In this document: in pieces, positions 63,416 through 64,000 of the stretch
Layout of the letters: each line of letters opens with the position of its first letter
Numbering within the stretch: the first letter of the stretch is position 1
From: Salinivirgaceae bacterium
GTDB lineage: Bacteria; Bacteroidota; Bacteroidia; Bacteroidales; SZUA-534
Length of the DNA: 64,000 bases
Direction of reading: 5' to 3'
NCBI GenBank assembly: GCA_017617355.1
Contig: JAFZWI010000036.1
Coordinates: forward strand, 1,082 to 65,081
Translations under genes and position numbers: made by a program
Notes under the pieces: model-generated
What the model was told of the DNA's origin: nothing
What the model saw: only the letters and a program-made list of their open reading frames with translations
Database searches by the model: none

Positions 63416-64000
63416 CACGGTTCTGGCAGTTGTGCTATGCGCTTGCGGTAGCCAACCATCGCCGCAAGGCCAACAACAGCAGAACACCGAAACATCGGCG
63501 CAGACCGAAAAACCGAAGACTGAAAAACCGAAGCAGACATCGACTCAAAAGAAAAAGGCTGACAAACCCAAGAAGGTGCGCCTGACCGAAGACAATGTGG
63601 TTGAGGAGCTTACAAAATACGGCCGCCAAAACCCCGAAAAGCGCGTGCGCATAATCACTTCGATGGGTACAATGGTGGTGGAGTTGTACGAGAACACGCC
63701 GCTGCACCGCGCCAATTTCATCCACCTTATCAAGGAGCACTACTACGACGGCACGGAGTTTTACCGCGTCATCAACAATTTTATGATTCAGGGCGGCGAC
63801 ACCGACGGTTACGAGCGCCGGGCTGTGAAGGAGAAAATCGGGAAATACACGCTGCCGTCGGAGTTTCGCGAGGAGAATATCCACAAGCGTGGAGCCCTGT
63901 CAATGGTGCGCGAGTATGAGAACAACCCCGAGAAACGCTCGTCGCCGTTTGAGTTTTTCATTGTGCAGGGCACGGTTTACACCGAAGGCGAGCTGAACGG
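63378..64000 (+). CDS. Cyclophilin-type peptidyl-prolyl isomerase lipoprotein; 3' end runs off the window
   Basis: Not in the ORF track because no stop lies inside the window. My translation from the ATG at 63378 gives MKMRINIAKVLISTVLAVVLCACGSQ (lipobox), a K/P/Q-rich linker, and then MGTMVVELYENTPLHRANFIHLIKEHYYDGTEFYRVINNFMIQGGD. It overlaps the rsgA 3' end by 38 nt in another frame. Confidence 0.85.
   Translation, partial: MKMRINIAKVLISTVLAVVLCACGSQPSPQGQQQQNTETSAQTEKPKTEKPKQTSTQKKKADKPKKVRLTEDNVVEELTKYGRQNPEKRVRIITSMGTMVVELYENTPLHRANFIHLIKEHYYDGTEFYRVINNFMIQGGDTDGYERRAVKEKIGKYTLPSEFREENIHKRGALSMVREYENNPEKRSSPFEFFIVQGTVYTEGELN

Noticed and set aside
1-64000. tRNA, rRNA, tmRNA, riboswitch and cas or defence-system signatures
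   Set aside because: Reading the intergenic regions on both strands, I found no T-loop/acceptor-like structures, rRNA-like stretches, or recognisable defence gene motifs (nucleases, RT, Cas, TIR, SIR2 and similar). A by-eye scan cannot exclude small structured RNAs.

Overview
This 64-kb window looks like chromosome from a Bacteroidota (Bacteroidales-type) genome. Supporting signs are a SusC/SusD pair, two proteins with type IX secretion (T9SS) C-terminal sorting domains, the UppS-BamA-Skp-Skp-MurI block, and TAnnTTTG-like -7 boxes 20-25 nt upstream of several start codons. I found no rRNA, tRNA, CRISPR array, integrase or transposase.

Layout:
(1) 1-19.3 kb is a housekeeping and envelope block, almost all on the minus strand. 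It holds a CE4 deacetylase, folP, a HAD hydrolase, two TPR/beta-propeller paralogs, murI, 2x skp, bamA, uppS, three small beta-barrel paralogs, nadK, rlpA, a brkB-like gene, nadC and rlmD.
(2) 19.3-30 kb holds a capD-like gene and a regulator-less mini-PUL. The PUL comprises a GH43 with an odd C-terminal anchor, SusC, SusD, and a T9SS-sorted tandem CBM-like protein.
(3) 30.3-44.1 kb holds asnA, then a tightly packed four-gene operon. The operon encodes a PorE-like TPR/propeller/CRD/OmpA protein, an orphan lipoprotein, an orphan 482-aa beta-barrel and a triple-FKBP isomerase. It is followed by a 1785-aa LamG/PKD T9SS cargo gene that carries a young 1.1-kb internal duplication.
(4) 44.1-54.3 kb is a Wzm/Wzt ABC-transporter-type glycan locus. 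Part of it is visibly AT-rich, and it is flanked and split by two DUF4143-type AAA ATPase genes that share tandem upstream repeats.
(5) 54.4-64 kb is a mixed housekeeping block: an LRR protein, a DUF819-like protein, an Omp85-like barrel, a DUF975 gene with an in-frame TGA, lptB, a DUF5686-like gene, rsgA and a cyclophilin.

Several intergenic regions share a modular, strand-skewed low-complexity repeat family plus REP-like palindromes.

The best candidate for an undescribed system is the porE-like operon (31650-38367) and its T9SS-themed neighbourhood. All family names come from motif recognition by eye. No database search, HMM or exact GC or identity calculation was possible.
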